Source: Candidatus Zhuqueibacterota bacterium (GTDB lineage Bacteria; Zhuqueibacterota; Zhuqueibacteria; Thermofontimicrobiales; Thermofontimicrobiaceae). Taken from it: 64,000 nucleotides of DNA. Location: assembly GCA_049322915.1 (NCBI GenBank), contig JBMOPW010000014.1, positions 986,774 through 1,050,773 on the forward strand, read 5' to 3'. Both the position numbers and the translations under genes were made by a program. The stretch's first letter is position 1; every line of letters begins with the position of its first letter. A model generated the notes under the pieces. That model searched no databases and was not told the DNA's origin. It was given only the letters and a program-made list of their open reading frames with translations. This document shows, one piece after another, positions 8,950 through 18,039 of the stretch.

Positions 8950-9364
8950 GTTGCGATTAAAAAATCCATTAGGTAAGAACTTAGACTCTTGTCATGTGAC
9001 GACAGCAATAACTCACTGAAAAATTAATGTGTTATAAATTTGATTTTTTTGCCGGGCAAAATCGGTATCAATCGTATTGTTGTCTTCTTTATTCAGCAAC
9101 TGACGGTTTACCTTTCAGATGGCCGGAAATCAACCAATATATTATAAAAATGAAAGATTCAAATCGGTACACTTTTTCTTAACTTTTTCCGGTTAAACAT
9201 TGAAATATAGTTTTAATTTTAAATATTGATTACAATTCTGAAAAAAGTGAATGGGCTAACCATGTTAAAATAAAAGTTAATATAATGAAATTTCAGACCT
9301 ATTGTTAAAAAATTGTCTCATACTCATCATTGTTTCATTTTAGAACAATGAGAATGTAACACCA

Positions 9365-9562
9365 ATGAAATTTTTCGATTTAAAATTGACCAGTGAAAGT
9401 GACAAGAATCTGTTCACTCCGGATCGTAAGCATGAAATAGAGCCAGGGCAGGTGTATTTCGGTTCAACAGAAGATGGCATTCAGGTTGAATTTTCTTTTC
9501 TGAAAAAGATACAAAAGGATGAGCAAGCCGAATATGATAGAAATCACAAAATGTTAACCTGA
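9365..9562 (+). CDS. Hypothetical small protein (doubtful)
   Basis: 65-aa ORF in an AT-rich intergenic region; no motif and weak RBS. Confidence 0.2.
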   Translation: MKFFDLKLTSESDKNLFTPDRKHEIEPGQVYFGSTEDGIQVEFSFLKKIQKDEQAEYDRNHKMLT

Positions 9563-9628
9563 GGGTAATCAGCCTAACTTAATCGGATTGAATGACATGC
9601 AGTGTGCAAATGCGAATTGCCGGACGTA

Positions 9629-10837
9629 TCATTTCAAAAGAATGACCCTCATCGTGGTGCCTTCGCCAGGTTTGGTGTCTTTGATCAGAAGTCGGCCTCG
9701 GTGATAGTCTTCGATGATCCGCTTGGCCAGGTTCAATCCCAGACCCCATCCCCGTTTTTTTGTGCTGAAACCCGGTCTGAAAACCAGGCGACGCTCATGG
9801 GGCGTGATGCCTTTGCCGTTGTCTTTGATGTCAATAAAAATATGGCGCTGTGAATCCTCGAGAATCCCGGTTGAGATCACAATGAGGCCGGATTCCTTCT
9901 CGATCGCGTCCAGGGCATTTTTGATGAGATTTTCGATCACCCATTCAAATAAGTCCCTGTTGAGATTCACCGGGGGAATATTTTCTAACTTTTCGATAAG
10001 GCGAATTTTCTTTCCCATGTGCGGGAGTCGCCGCTGGAAATACTTGACGATGTCTCCGATAATGATGTTAATATCATTCTTTTTCAAATCAGAGCGAGAG
10101 CCAATTTGAGAAAAACGAGTGGCGACTTTATTGAGCCGCTGCACATCGTTTTCCATATCTGGTAGAATTTTGTCCACATTATCCGAAGATTGACCAGTCC
10201 TCAGCAATTCCAGCCAACCCATGAGAGAAGACAATGGTGTGCCCAACTGGTGCGCAGTCTCCTTGGCCATTCCCACCCAGATATATTGTTCCTCACTCTT
10301 TTTGATGCTGTGAAATCCCAGAAAAGCGACCAGAATGAAAAGACCAATCACGCCAATTTCCACGTAGGGGAACCAGATGAGCCGCGTGATGAGACTGGAG
10401 TCGCCGTAATAGAGGTACTGCTGAAGCAGCAAAGCGCCCGTTGTATCTTCATGGATTTGAATGGAAACCGGACTGACCTCCTTTTCGAGATTCATCACCA
10501 TTTTTTTTACGCGTTCCAGGGCCAGAGGCGATCTATCGTCCGGATCAACGGAAAGACCCACCCAGTAGACAGGGTTTTTATTTTCATCGGTGAGAATGAT
10601 TGGGAAATTGGTCTTTTGAATGATTTGCTCAAACAGAAAATTTAAATTCTCAATGTCGTTCTCTGCTGTGGCTTTTGAATGAAGGTTGGCATAGAATTCC
10701 AATATGCTTCGCGACTGAACTCGCATGTCCTGAACGATGGATTGGGAATAATAGAGCAGAAACAGAATGAGCAGTATCGCCACTGTGAACAGAATCAATG
10801 TGAATCGATCGGAAAAAAGAAAGAGCGATTTCTTCAT
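9629..10837 (-). CDS. Membrane sensor histidine kinase
   Basis: Two TM helices; H-box ETAHQLGTPLSSL; N-box ENLIKNALDA; DNGKG and GWGLGL boxes. Confidence 0.93.
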   Translation of the reverse strand: MKKSLFLFSDRFTLILFTVAILLILFLLYYSQSIVQDMRVQSRSILEFYANLHSKATAENDIENLNFLFEQIIQKTNFPIILTDENKNPVYWVGLSVDPDDRSPLALERVKKMVMNLEKEVSPVSIQIHEDTTGALLLQQYLYYGDSSLITRLIWFPYVEIGVIGLFILVAFLGFHSIKKSEEQYIWVGMAKETAHQLGTPLSSLMGWLELLRTGQSSDNVDKILPDMENDVQRLNKVATRFSQIGSRSDLKKNDINIIIGDIVKYFQRRLPHMGKKIRLIEKLENIPPVNLNRDLFEWVIENLIKNALDAIEKESGLIVISTGILEDSQRHIFIDIKDNGKGITPHERRLVFRPGFSTKKRGWGLGLNLAKRIIEDYHRGRLLIKDTKPGEGTTMRVILLK

Positions 10838-10849
10838 GAGGAATCCTGG

Positions 10850-11345
10850 TTATTGATACTTTTCTGCGACGACGATCATCTCGTCATCAATGTGCAGCAA
10901 TGATGCTGTTTTATAAACCATGGTATGGAATTTGACCAGCAGCCAGAGCGCCCGGCCGGGTTTCAGGGTCAATTTGTTGAACTCCTGTTGCCGCTGCGCC
11001 GCTGTCTTTTTCCAAACTAATCTTATTCCGGGTATGATCACATCGTTGAAAATATTTTTCAATTCAATGGAGGAGTTCATTTCCCTGACCCTGAATCCTT
11101 TCGACGTCATTAACCGGCTGATGGTTTTTTGGAAAAATAATTGACGTGATTCAGCCCCATCGCCCACCATTTATTGTGCAGTAAACCGGCGGAGTAACTA
11201 ACCCACTGAGGCGCCTGAACGAACAGTCAGCTTCCGACCGGAGTCGAATTCGGAATTTCGCCTTATCGCTCTTGTGGCAGACAATGCATTTGATGTTCTC
11301 AAAAATATCAGCCGAGTTCTCTGCCGCGTCATGTATTGAATTCAT
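10850..11345 (-). pseudogene. Decayed class I SAM methyltransferase (internal deletion plus frameshifts)
   Basis: N-terminal CIVC, then in another frame LFVQAPQWVSYSAGLLHNKWWAMGLNHVNYFSKK, then a shift in an A6 tract to TISRLMTSKGF...DEMIVVAEK; no GxG SAM-binding core. Confidence 0.6.
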
Positions 11346-11374
11346 GGTTACCCCGGAATGAAAATTGGACGCGA

Positions 11375-14017
11375 TCAATTGGACTTGATCTTCATTTTTT
11401 TAACAGAAAAAATGAACGCTGCTACAAGCGCGATGGATGTCATCAGACTGATGATCAGGCCAATTCTGAACGATGCTGGTTTGAAGACAAATTCAATCTC
11501 GTGCTGGCCCGGCGTCAGAAAAATAGACCGCAGAATATAATCGGTTTTGAAGATTTTGGTCTCCTTCCCATCGACGTACGCCTTCCAGCCTTTGGGGTAG
11601 TAAATCTCTGAAAGCACCAGGAGCGAAGGGGCTGCCGCGTTCGCCTTCAATTTGATCGTGTGAATATCGAACGAGGTCAATTCGACAGTGTTATCAGCAA
11701 CCGGACCAATGACGAATGGCGGCTCTTCTTCCAGGACAGCCACCCGCGCCGGGTCGAATTCAGCCGACTTCATGTAATTGAAAATGTCTTCCTTGCCCCG
11801 GATTGTTTTTATTTCATTGACAAAAAATGCGCGCGGCAGACTTGAGTTGTTCTGATAGACCAGAGGCTGACTGCGCAGGACAAGCTGATAGTTCGGCTCG
11901 CTCAGCGGGTAGAGCGAAGTGATGTACCTGACATTGAGCATTTTCAGCCAATTGTTGTCCGTGCGGATACGGTCCTCCGGGATGTCCTGCGGCAGCACGA
12001 TTTGGATGGAGGGCTGGCCATCCTGCAGCACTTCTTTGTAGTATTTTGACAGGAAGAAGGGGATGGGCTGACCGCTGTAAGGCAGCCGGACATTGCCATC
12101 CAGTCCGGTTTCTTCCAAAAATTCCTGGTAAATTCTGAGCTTGGCCGCGTGATACCCGCTCACATTCTGAATGCGGTGATACATGTACCAATTGGCTGGC
12201 TTCTCATCGACGGCTGAAAATATCCGGAACGGCCCGGGCTGGTTTTCAAGGTACTGAACGGCAGCGGTCTTACGAAAGTAAGCCTCTTCATTCACGGCTG
12301 ATTTTGGGTCCACAATGTTGAAATCGACAATCCAAAAATCCGCGATGGCAAGGACGATGATTGTCAGAGCCAGCAGACCGGACTTCATTTTTCCCTGTAC
12401 ATAATGAAGAATGGCGAAGCCGCACAGGCCGACCAGAATCAGCATTTTCACGGCATCGGTCAGCGCCATTTCATAGGCGCGCATTTGACCCGCCGGATTC
12501 AATCCCTTGCCGGAATCGGCCATCCAGCCCAGCATGGTGCTTTTGCCGAGGATGATGAATAGCGTGATGACAATGCCCACGGCTCCGAAGATGTAAAAGT
12601 ATTTTCTCACAAGTTCAGTTTTTTTATCGGCCAATTTTGAGTATGAGGGTTTTTTATAAGTAATAGTCTGGTTCAATCCCTCGCCTTTCAGTATAATTTT
12701 AGATACGCCATCCGAATCGGCTCTATTCTTAGCCACTTTTTGGTCGGATGATTCTCTTAAATTGAATAGCTGTTGCAATCCCAGCGCTGCCAGCAGCACC
12801 AGGGAGAAATCCAGCAGAATATGGATCATGCTCGGCACGCGAAATTTATTGAAGAACGGGAGCAGTTTGAACATGGGATCGTACAGGATCGGGAAGTGCT
12901 TGCCGAAGGAGATGATCAGCGATAGCGCGGCCACAATGGTCAGAAAAATCGCGTAGCGATCCCGTTTCAGCACCAGCGCCAGCCCGGCCAGAAACAGGAC
13001 GATGATGCCGGCGTACAGTGGATAGTCTGTGAACGGCATTTTTCCCCAATAAGTAGCTGAACCGCCGAAACCAAAAAATGAAGGGACAAAGAACGTAATG
13101 ACTTCTGCCGGAGAAAATGACCAACTGGAAGCGTAGTCATAGCTCAGTCCGCCTTCAGCGCCGCCGCCTCGGATGGAAAAATGAGAGTATTCGTACACGG
13201 AAAGGTAAAGAACCGATGCCATGAGCAGCGCCACGAGCGCGGAACCTGCCATCAGCCCCAGACCTTTGAGGATGTTGGATACCTGTTTTGTCTCTTTATA
13301 TTCGACGATGAAGTGAACGATCATGTACAAACCGATAAACATGTAGGTGTAATAGCAGACCTGAACGTGGGTTCGAAGCAGCTGAAATCCGATGGCGAAT
13401 GCGGTGAGGACGAAGTAGAACAGGTTTTTCTTCACCAGCATCCGGTTCACCGCCCAGAAAATGAGAGGGATAACCACCACCGAGAGGAATTTGCTATTGT
13501 GGCCGTACGAGGTGAACGCCACAAACTGAGGCAGAAACATCATCGAAATTGCCGCAAAGAGCGCAGCCAGCCGGTTGACATTCAATGACAGCATCAGCAA
13601 ATAGGTCAACATGCCGAAGAAGACGTAGTTGAGAATTATTCGCATGAACGGAGTCAGAGGGAGGACGGCCGACATCCCTTTGAGAACGTAATTGATGATC
13701 GTATCCACGACGTTGATGAGCGGCGCCAGGAAGCTGCCGAACGACGGCATGCCCGAAAAAATGTAAGGATTCCATAGCGGGTACGAGCCGCTTTTCAACG
13801 CATCATTGATAAAAGTCTGGTAGCTTTTTGATGTCAATGAATCCGGCTGCACCAGCGTTTTTCCTTCGAACACAATGGGATAGTAAAAAATGAGCAGCAG
13901 CACGAACAGGATGATCGCTGCTGACCAATGGGGATGGTCTTTAAAAAAATTCGATTGTGCCCGGTGAGTCGTGGGCTTTTTCGCGGATGGCTTTTGAGTC
14001 TTTTTAATCCTGGCCAT
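11375..14017 (-). CDS. YfhO family membrane protein (GT-C-type glycosyltransferase)
   Basis: PLWNPYIFSGMP N-terminal motif, many TM helices, C-terminal LVLSEIYYPKGWKAYVDG...G.HEIEFVFKP. Confidence 0.88.
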   Translation of the reverse strand: MARIKKTQKPSAKKPTTHRAQSNFFKDHPHWSAAIILFVLLLIFYYPIVFEGKTLVQPDSLTSKSYQTFINDALKSGSYPLWNPYIFSGMPSFGSFLAPLINVVDTIINYVLKGMSAVLPLTPFMRIILNYVFFGMLTYLLMLSLNVNRLAALFAAISMMFLPQFVAFTSYGHNSKFLSVVVIPLIFWAVNRMLVKKNLFYFVLTAFAIGFQLLRTHVQVCYYTYMFIGLYMIVHFIVEYKETKQVSNILKGLGLMAGSALVALLMASVLYLSVYEYSHFSIRGGGAEGGLSYDYASSWSFSPAEVITFFVPSFFGFGGSATYWGKMPFTDYPLYAGIIVLFLAGLALVLKRDRYAIFLTIVAALSLIISFGKHFPILYDPMFKLLPFFNKFRVPSMIHILLDFSLVLLAALGLQQLFNLRESSDQKVAKNRADSDGVSKIILKGEGLNQTITYKKPSYSKLADKKTELVRKYFYIFGAVGIVITLFIILGKSTMLGWMADSGKGLNPAGQMRAYEMALTDAVKMLILVGLCGFAILHYVQGKMKSGLLALTIIVLAIADFWIVDFNIVDPKSAVNEEAYFRKTAAVQYLENQPGPFRIFSAVDEKPANWYMYHRIQNVSGYHAAKLRIYQEFLEETGLDGNVRLPYSGQPIPFFLSKYYKEVLQDGQPSIQIVLPQDIPEDRIRTDNNWLKMLNVRYITSLYPLSEPNYQLVLRSQPLVYQNNSSLPRAFFVNEIKTIRGKEDIFNYMKSAEFDPARVAVLEEEPPFVIGPVADNTVELTSFDIHTIKLKANAAAPSLLVLSEIYYPKGWKAYVDGKETKIFKTDYILRSIFLTPGQHEIEFVFKPASFRIGLIISLMTSIALVAAFIFSVKKMKIKSN

Positions 14018-15494
14018 GAATGCTTCTCCCTTTTCTGTTAATAACTTCTTGTATCAATTTTTTATATCCGGCAATTTCAGTATGCCTGAAGAATTTCATC
14101 GTGTACAATAGGATTGGATAGCTGATGAGAAGGCCGACTTTGAGGATGATGCTCATGCCCAGCGGCGATTCCGGAACGAACGTCCCAATCAGGTAAAGGG
14201 CGATGCCAACAGTCACAATTTTCACGATGCGAGCTTTCTCGTAGTTCACCCGATACAGCCGGGATGAGACGATGTACATGAAGATCAGAATGAACAGATA
14301 GGAAATCGCTGTATTGATTGCTGCAGCGATCATTCCATATCCGGGAATGAACACAATGTTCAGGGTGATGTTGATGGCAGCGCCGATGGTAGCAATCAGC
14401 GTGTAGAAAATCGTCTTGGATTTCAACAGTACACCGATGTCCACGATGTAGTACAACCCGAAAAAAATATAGGACATGGCGATGTACGGAATGGCGCGCA
14501 TCCCCGGTAAATACGCAGCCGTGCTGAAGTTGATTATGATTTCTTTAATAAAAAATGTCAGCGCCAGGAACAGAAAAACGGCTGCTAGCAGAAAATAAGT
14601 CACTGCGCCGGCGTAGATGCTTTTCGCCTCCGGTTTTTTCTGAACCGAAAACACGAATGGCAGCCAGGCGGTTCGGAAGGGCATGACCAGAACCATCTGG
14701 ATGATCATGCCGAATTTATAGGCGATATCGTAAAGCCCCACCTGATCAGCCGACGAATAGATATTCAACAGATAGCGGTCGGACATGGTCAGTAAATAGT
14801 TTGCCACGCTGCCTGGCACCATGGGCAGCCCAAAGTGCAGCAGCTTCTTCAGCGCAGTTGCTGAAAATGCCAGACCTGTTTTTCGGAAAACAACGATCAT
14901 CACGACAAGGAACAGGATCGCCGAGGTGTACAGGCTGCTCTTGACGACGCCAAGAATGCCCTGTCGGAGAATCAGCACGTGCAGGATGTTGAATCCGACC
15001 AGCAATGTGAAATGCAGAGTGTTGAGCATCGAATAGAGAACCGGTTTTTCCAGCGTGCGCAGATAGGCCAGCGCCAATAACCGGAACAGATTGAAAAATA
15101 CCGATCCGAACAGGATTTTCAGATAGACCGCATTGTCAGGATTCCGGAAGATGATCTCGGAGACAAGTCCCGCATTGAAAAAAAGAACAAGCAACAGCGG
15201 AAATGCAACGGCCGCTGTGAACAGAACGGCAGAGGAAAAAACCACGTTTCGTTCCGACTCGGATGTGTAGTCGTGATAGACTTTGAACACTGCCGAATTC
15301 AAACTGAGCGAAAGCAACAGCCACAGGAAGACTTCAACAAGGTTCAGCAACGAAATGATGCCAACCTGCTCCTGGGACAGCAACCGTGTGTAGAGCGGAA
15401 TCAGAAAGAATGCAATCGCCTTGATGACGGCGTCGCCCAAACCATAGACAAGAGTCTGGCTGGAAAGGCGTTTGAAGTGTTCAATCATAGGCAT
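14004..15494 (-). CDS. Oligosaccharide flippase (Wzx/MOP family)
   Basis: TLVYGLG...FFLIPLYTRLL, FGLP, SDRYLL, VGLY motifs; highly hydrophobic multi-pass protein. Confidence 0.9.
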   Translation of the reverse strand: MPMIEHFKRLSSQTLVYGLGDAVIKAIAFFLIPLYTRLLSQEQVGIISLLNLVEVFLWLLLSLSLNSAVFKVYHDYTSESERNVVFSSAVLFTAAVAFPLLLVLFFNAGLVSEIIFRNPDNAVYLKILFGSVFFNLFRLLALAYLRTLEKPVLYSMLNTLHFTLLVGFNILHVLILRQGILGVVKSSLYTSAILFLVVMIVVFRKTGLAFSATALKKLLHFGLPMVPGSVANYLLTMSDRYLLNIYSSADQVGLYDIAYKFGMIIQMVLVMPFRTAWLPFVFSVQKKPEAKSIYAGAVTYFLLAAVFLFLALTFFIKEIIINFSTAAYLPGMRAIPYIAMSYIFFGLYYIVDIGVLLKSKTIFYTLIATIGAAINITLNIVFIPGYGMIAAAINTAISYLFILIFMYIVSSRLYRVNYEKARIVKIVTVGIALYLIGTFVPESPLGMSIILKVGLLISYPILLYTMKFFRHTEIAGYKKLIQEVINRKGRSIHGQD

Positions 15495-15509
15495 TGAATT
15501 AATAACATA

Positions 15510-16286
15510 TCACATCCGGGACTTTCGCTGATAAAGAGCCACCAGCCAGTTTGGCCGGCGCCGGGTCAACAGCTTGTTCATTCCCTCGCAGAGAAAAATA
15601 ATCGGGTTCATTTTGAATTTCGGAAATTGGGTATTCTCGCAGTTGGGGCACATCACGATTCGCCGAGGAGGAATGGGAAACCAGCCATGCCCCAGTTCCT
15701 GCCGAATTTTCAGGAGAAAGGGAATGTACCTCCGCCAGGGCTTACCGACCTCAGCGATTTTCAGACAGTGGAATTCCGAAAACAATTTTTCCAACCGCTG
15801 CCGGGTGTATGATTGAAAATGATACGAGACATTGAACACAGTGCTGCACCGCGGGCACTTCATTGCGTTCTTGGCCAGCAGCTCGTTGTTCGGCACCGAG
15901 ATGATCAGGTATTTCGAAGCGACCCGCTGCATTTCCTGAATCGCAGCGCGGAGCAGGGAGTCATCGAGATGTTCCAGCATTTCGCTGGAGAGAATTAAAT
16001 CCACGGACGACGAGGACAATGGCAGCGCATCAGCCTGACCGTTAATTTTGGGAACATCCACATACTGCAATGCCGCAAAACTGCGGTCCAATCCCCTGAT
16101 GGCGAATCGTCGGCCCAGGGGATTGGTGATCAGGCCATTGCCACAGCCAACATCCAGAATGGAAGTGACATCCGACGGGATCATCGCTTCTATCAGGTCG
16201 ATCTTGGACTGAAGGTGTTCGTCCATCCGGAAGGTATCCCAGTTGTCCGCGATCTCATAGCACTTTTTATTGTCCTGCGTATTCAT
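15510..16286 (-). CDS. Class I SAM-dependent methyltransferase
   Basis: SILDVGCGNG, SEMLEHL, IISVPN; two CxxC pairs. Confidence 0.88.
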   Translation of the reverse strand: MNTQDNKKCYEIADNWDTFRMDEHLQSKIDLIEAMIPSDVTSILDVGCGNGLITNPLGRRFAIRGLDRSFAALQYVDVPKINGQADALPLSSSSVDLILSSEMLEHLDDSLLRAAIQEMQRVASKYLIISVPNNELLAKNAMKCPRCSTVFNVSYHFQSYTRQRLEKLFSEFHCLKIAEVGKPWRRYIPFLLKIRQELGHGWFPIPPRRIVMCPNCENTQFPKFKMNPIIFLCEGMNKLLTRRRPNWLVALYQRKSRM

Positions 16287-17491
16287 TTCTTCCCGATTCC
16301 AATTCGTCCGTAAAGGTGAAGAAGCTGATCCGCGCTTCTCTCCCAGTTGTACTCTCTGATAATGGCGTCATATCCGTTTCTCCCGAATTCTTCGCGACGC
16401 TGTGGATCGCTGGATAACTGCACCAGCTTTGCGGCCAGGTCTTCCGGGTCGCCGCTGCGGAAAATCAAGCCGGCCTGTGACTTTCGGACGATGCGCTGCA
16501 AGGGTGCGCAATCCGACACCAGCAGCGGTTTGCGTTTATACATATAATGAAATAGCTTGTGAGGAATGGTGAAATCGTTCTGTTCGTTCTTCAAATGAGG
16601 GATCACGCCGATGTCGCATTGCCCGATGAACGAGGGGATGGCGTGTTCCTTTTGCCAGCCGTGAAATTCGACGTTGCGAATTTGTTCGGCGCTGGCTTTT
16701 TCGCGCAACTGGCTTTCAGTTCGTCCGGACCCAACCAGATGGAGCCGGAGATTGGGCTGGTCCGACTGAAGGATTTTCATGGCGTCCAGCAGCGTTTCCA
16801 GTCCCCGATGCAAATCGAATCCGCCGGAATAGATCAGGGCAATTTCCTGCTCGCGTTTGTCGAGCGTCACGGCCAGGGCTTTTTCATCGAATGAACTGAA
16901 ATGGATGTAGTTGGGGACGACAAAAATTCTGTCCTCCGGCGCGCTCAGGGATCGGATTCTGTCCTTCATCTCTTCGATCACGGAGATGATGTACGAGGCG
17001 CAACCGACCTGCCTCCGTTCGTAGCGCTCCCACTGGTCGATGGATACCAGCAGCCGGCCCAGCAACGTGTTGGCAAATGCGTACACTTTGAGCGCGGCCG
17101 GGTAATTCTCGTGCAAGTCCAGCACATAGGGGATATGGAATGCATTTTTTATCCTTCGGCCGACTTCAGCCAGACGCAGATCATGGACATGAAGAATGTC
17201 GATGCCGTGCTGAGCGACGAAACGGGTCGCCTGCCTCGTCCAGGCGTGGAAATAGGCCGGCACTGTCAGCGCGACGACATTGAATTTATTATGAAATGTT
17301 CTGGAAATTCGAAACCGATGCACGGTGATGTTTTCGCTGTACGCTTCGATGAGCGGCCGCTTCCCGGAGAAATCATAACACAGCAGGTGCACATCGTAAC
17401 CAGCCGACGCCAGTGACCGCATTTCATTTTCGACGCGTGTATCCGGCGGAAAATCGACATCGAGTAACATTCCAATGGTGGCTTTGCGCAT
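16283..17491 (-). CDS. Glycosyltransferase family 4
   Basis: DTRV, HVHDL, YSGG...RGLE, PHKLFHYM, YNWE motifs; start moved to ATG 17491. Confidence 0.9.
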   Translation of the reverse strand: MRKATIGMLLDVDFPPDTRVENEMRSLASAGYDVHLLCYDFSGKRPLIEAYSENITVHRFRISRTFHNKFNVVALTVPAYFHAWTRQATRFVAQHGIDILHVHDLRLAEVGRRIKNAFHIPYVLDLHENYPAALKVYAFANTLLGRLLVSIDQWERYERRQVGCASYIISVIEEMKDRIRSLSAPEDRIFVVPNYIHFSSFDEKALAVTLDKREQEIALIYSGGFDLHRGLETLLDAMKILQSDQPNLRLHLVGSGRTESQLREKASAEQIRNVEFHGWQKEHAIPSFIGQCDIGVIPHLKNEQNDFTIPHKLFHYMYKRKPLLVSDCAPLQRIVRKSQAGLIFRSGDPEDLAAKLVQLSSDPQRREEFGRNGYDAIIREYNWERSADQLLHLYGRIGIGKK

Positions 17492-17543
17492 GAACGTTAT
17501 TCCAATTGGATGACAGAGGTGAACTATTTCATTGCCTGGGTGC

Positions 17544-17684
17544 GTAACCTTCCACAGGTTCATCGTTCAGGGTTAATGATAACGTATCGTTGATGACAGA
17601 CTATGGGAGCGTAAAAAATGTTACGCGCAACCATATCCAAAACACCAGGCAGGAACGCTGAACCCGGAACCTGTGAACGGCTGC
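17544..17684. repeat. Degenerate miniature inverted-repeat element with heptamer-built arms
   Basis: Left arm GTAACCTTCCACAGGTTCATCGTTCAGGGTT vs reverse complement of right arm GCAGCCGTTCACAGGTTCCGGGTTCAGCGTT (about 23/31 match). Confidence 0.5.
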
Positions 17685-17785
17685 TCTGGTGCTTTTTCAA
17701 GCTACAAATTATAAAGAAATAATATGAAAAAATCAAATCATTTATTCAATTTTCCACAACAAAATCGGCGGCTGCTCAGCCACTT

Positions 17786-17875
17786 GATCGCGCTGGAAAT
17801 TCATCCAGCGCTGGCAATGGCCGGGATGGATGTCGCCGAATAAGCGTATCGCTCGGGGTGAATATCCCGAACGAT
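17786..17875. repeat. REP-like palindromes (family also at 23243 and 25951)
   Basis: GATCGCGCTGGAAATTCATCCAGCGC (17786-17811) plus variant ATCGCTCGGGGTGAATATCCCGAACGAT (17848-17875). Confidence 0.6.
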
Positions 17876-18039
17876 GGGTTGGCGCATTCGATGTCGGCAT
17901 TGAGTCGCTGCGTGGAGATTGGAGCCCGGTGGATTGGAGTTGCAGCTCCTGATGACAGGCTGGAAAATGGCCAGCAAGGCGCGATTGGCGTTTGAGACCA
18001 GGATAGTCTTTCACTGAATTACCGGGAGGGAGTAACATT

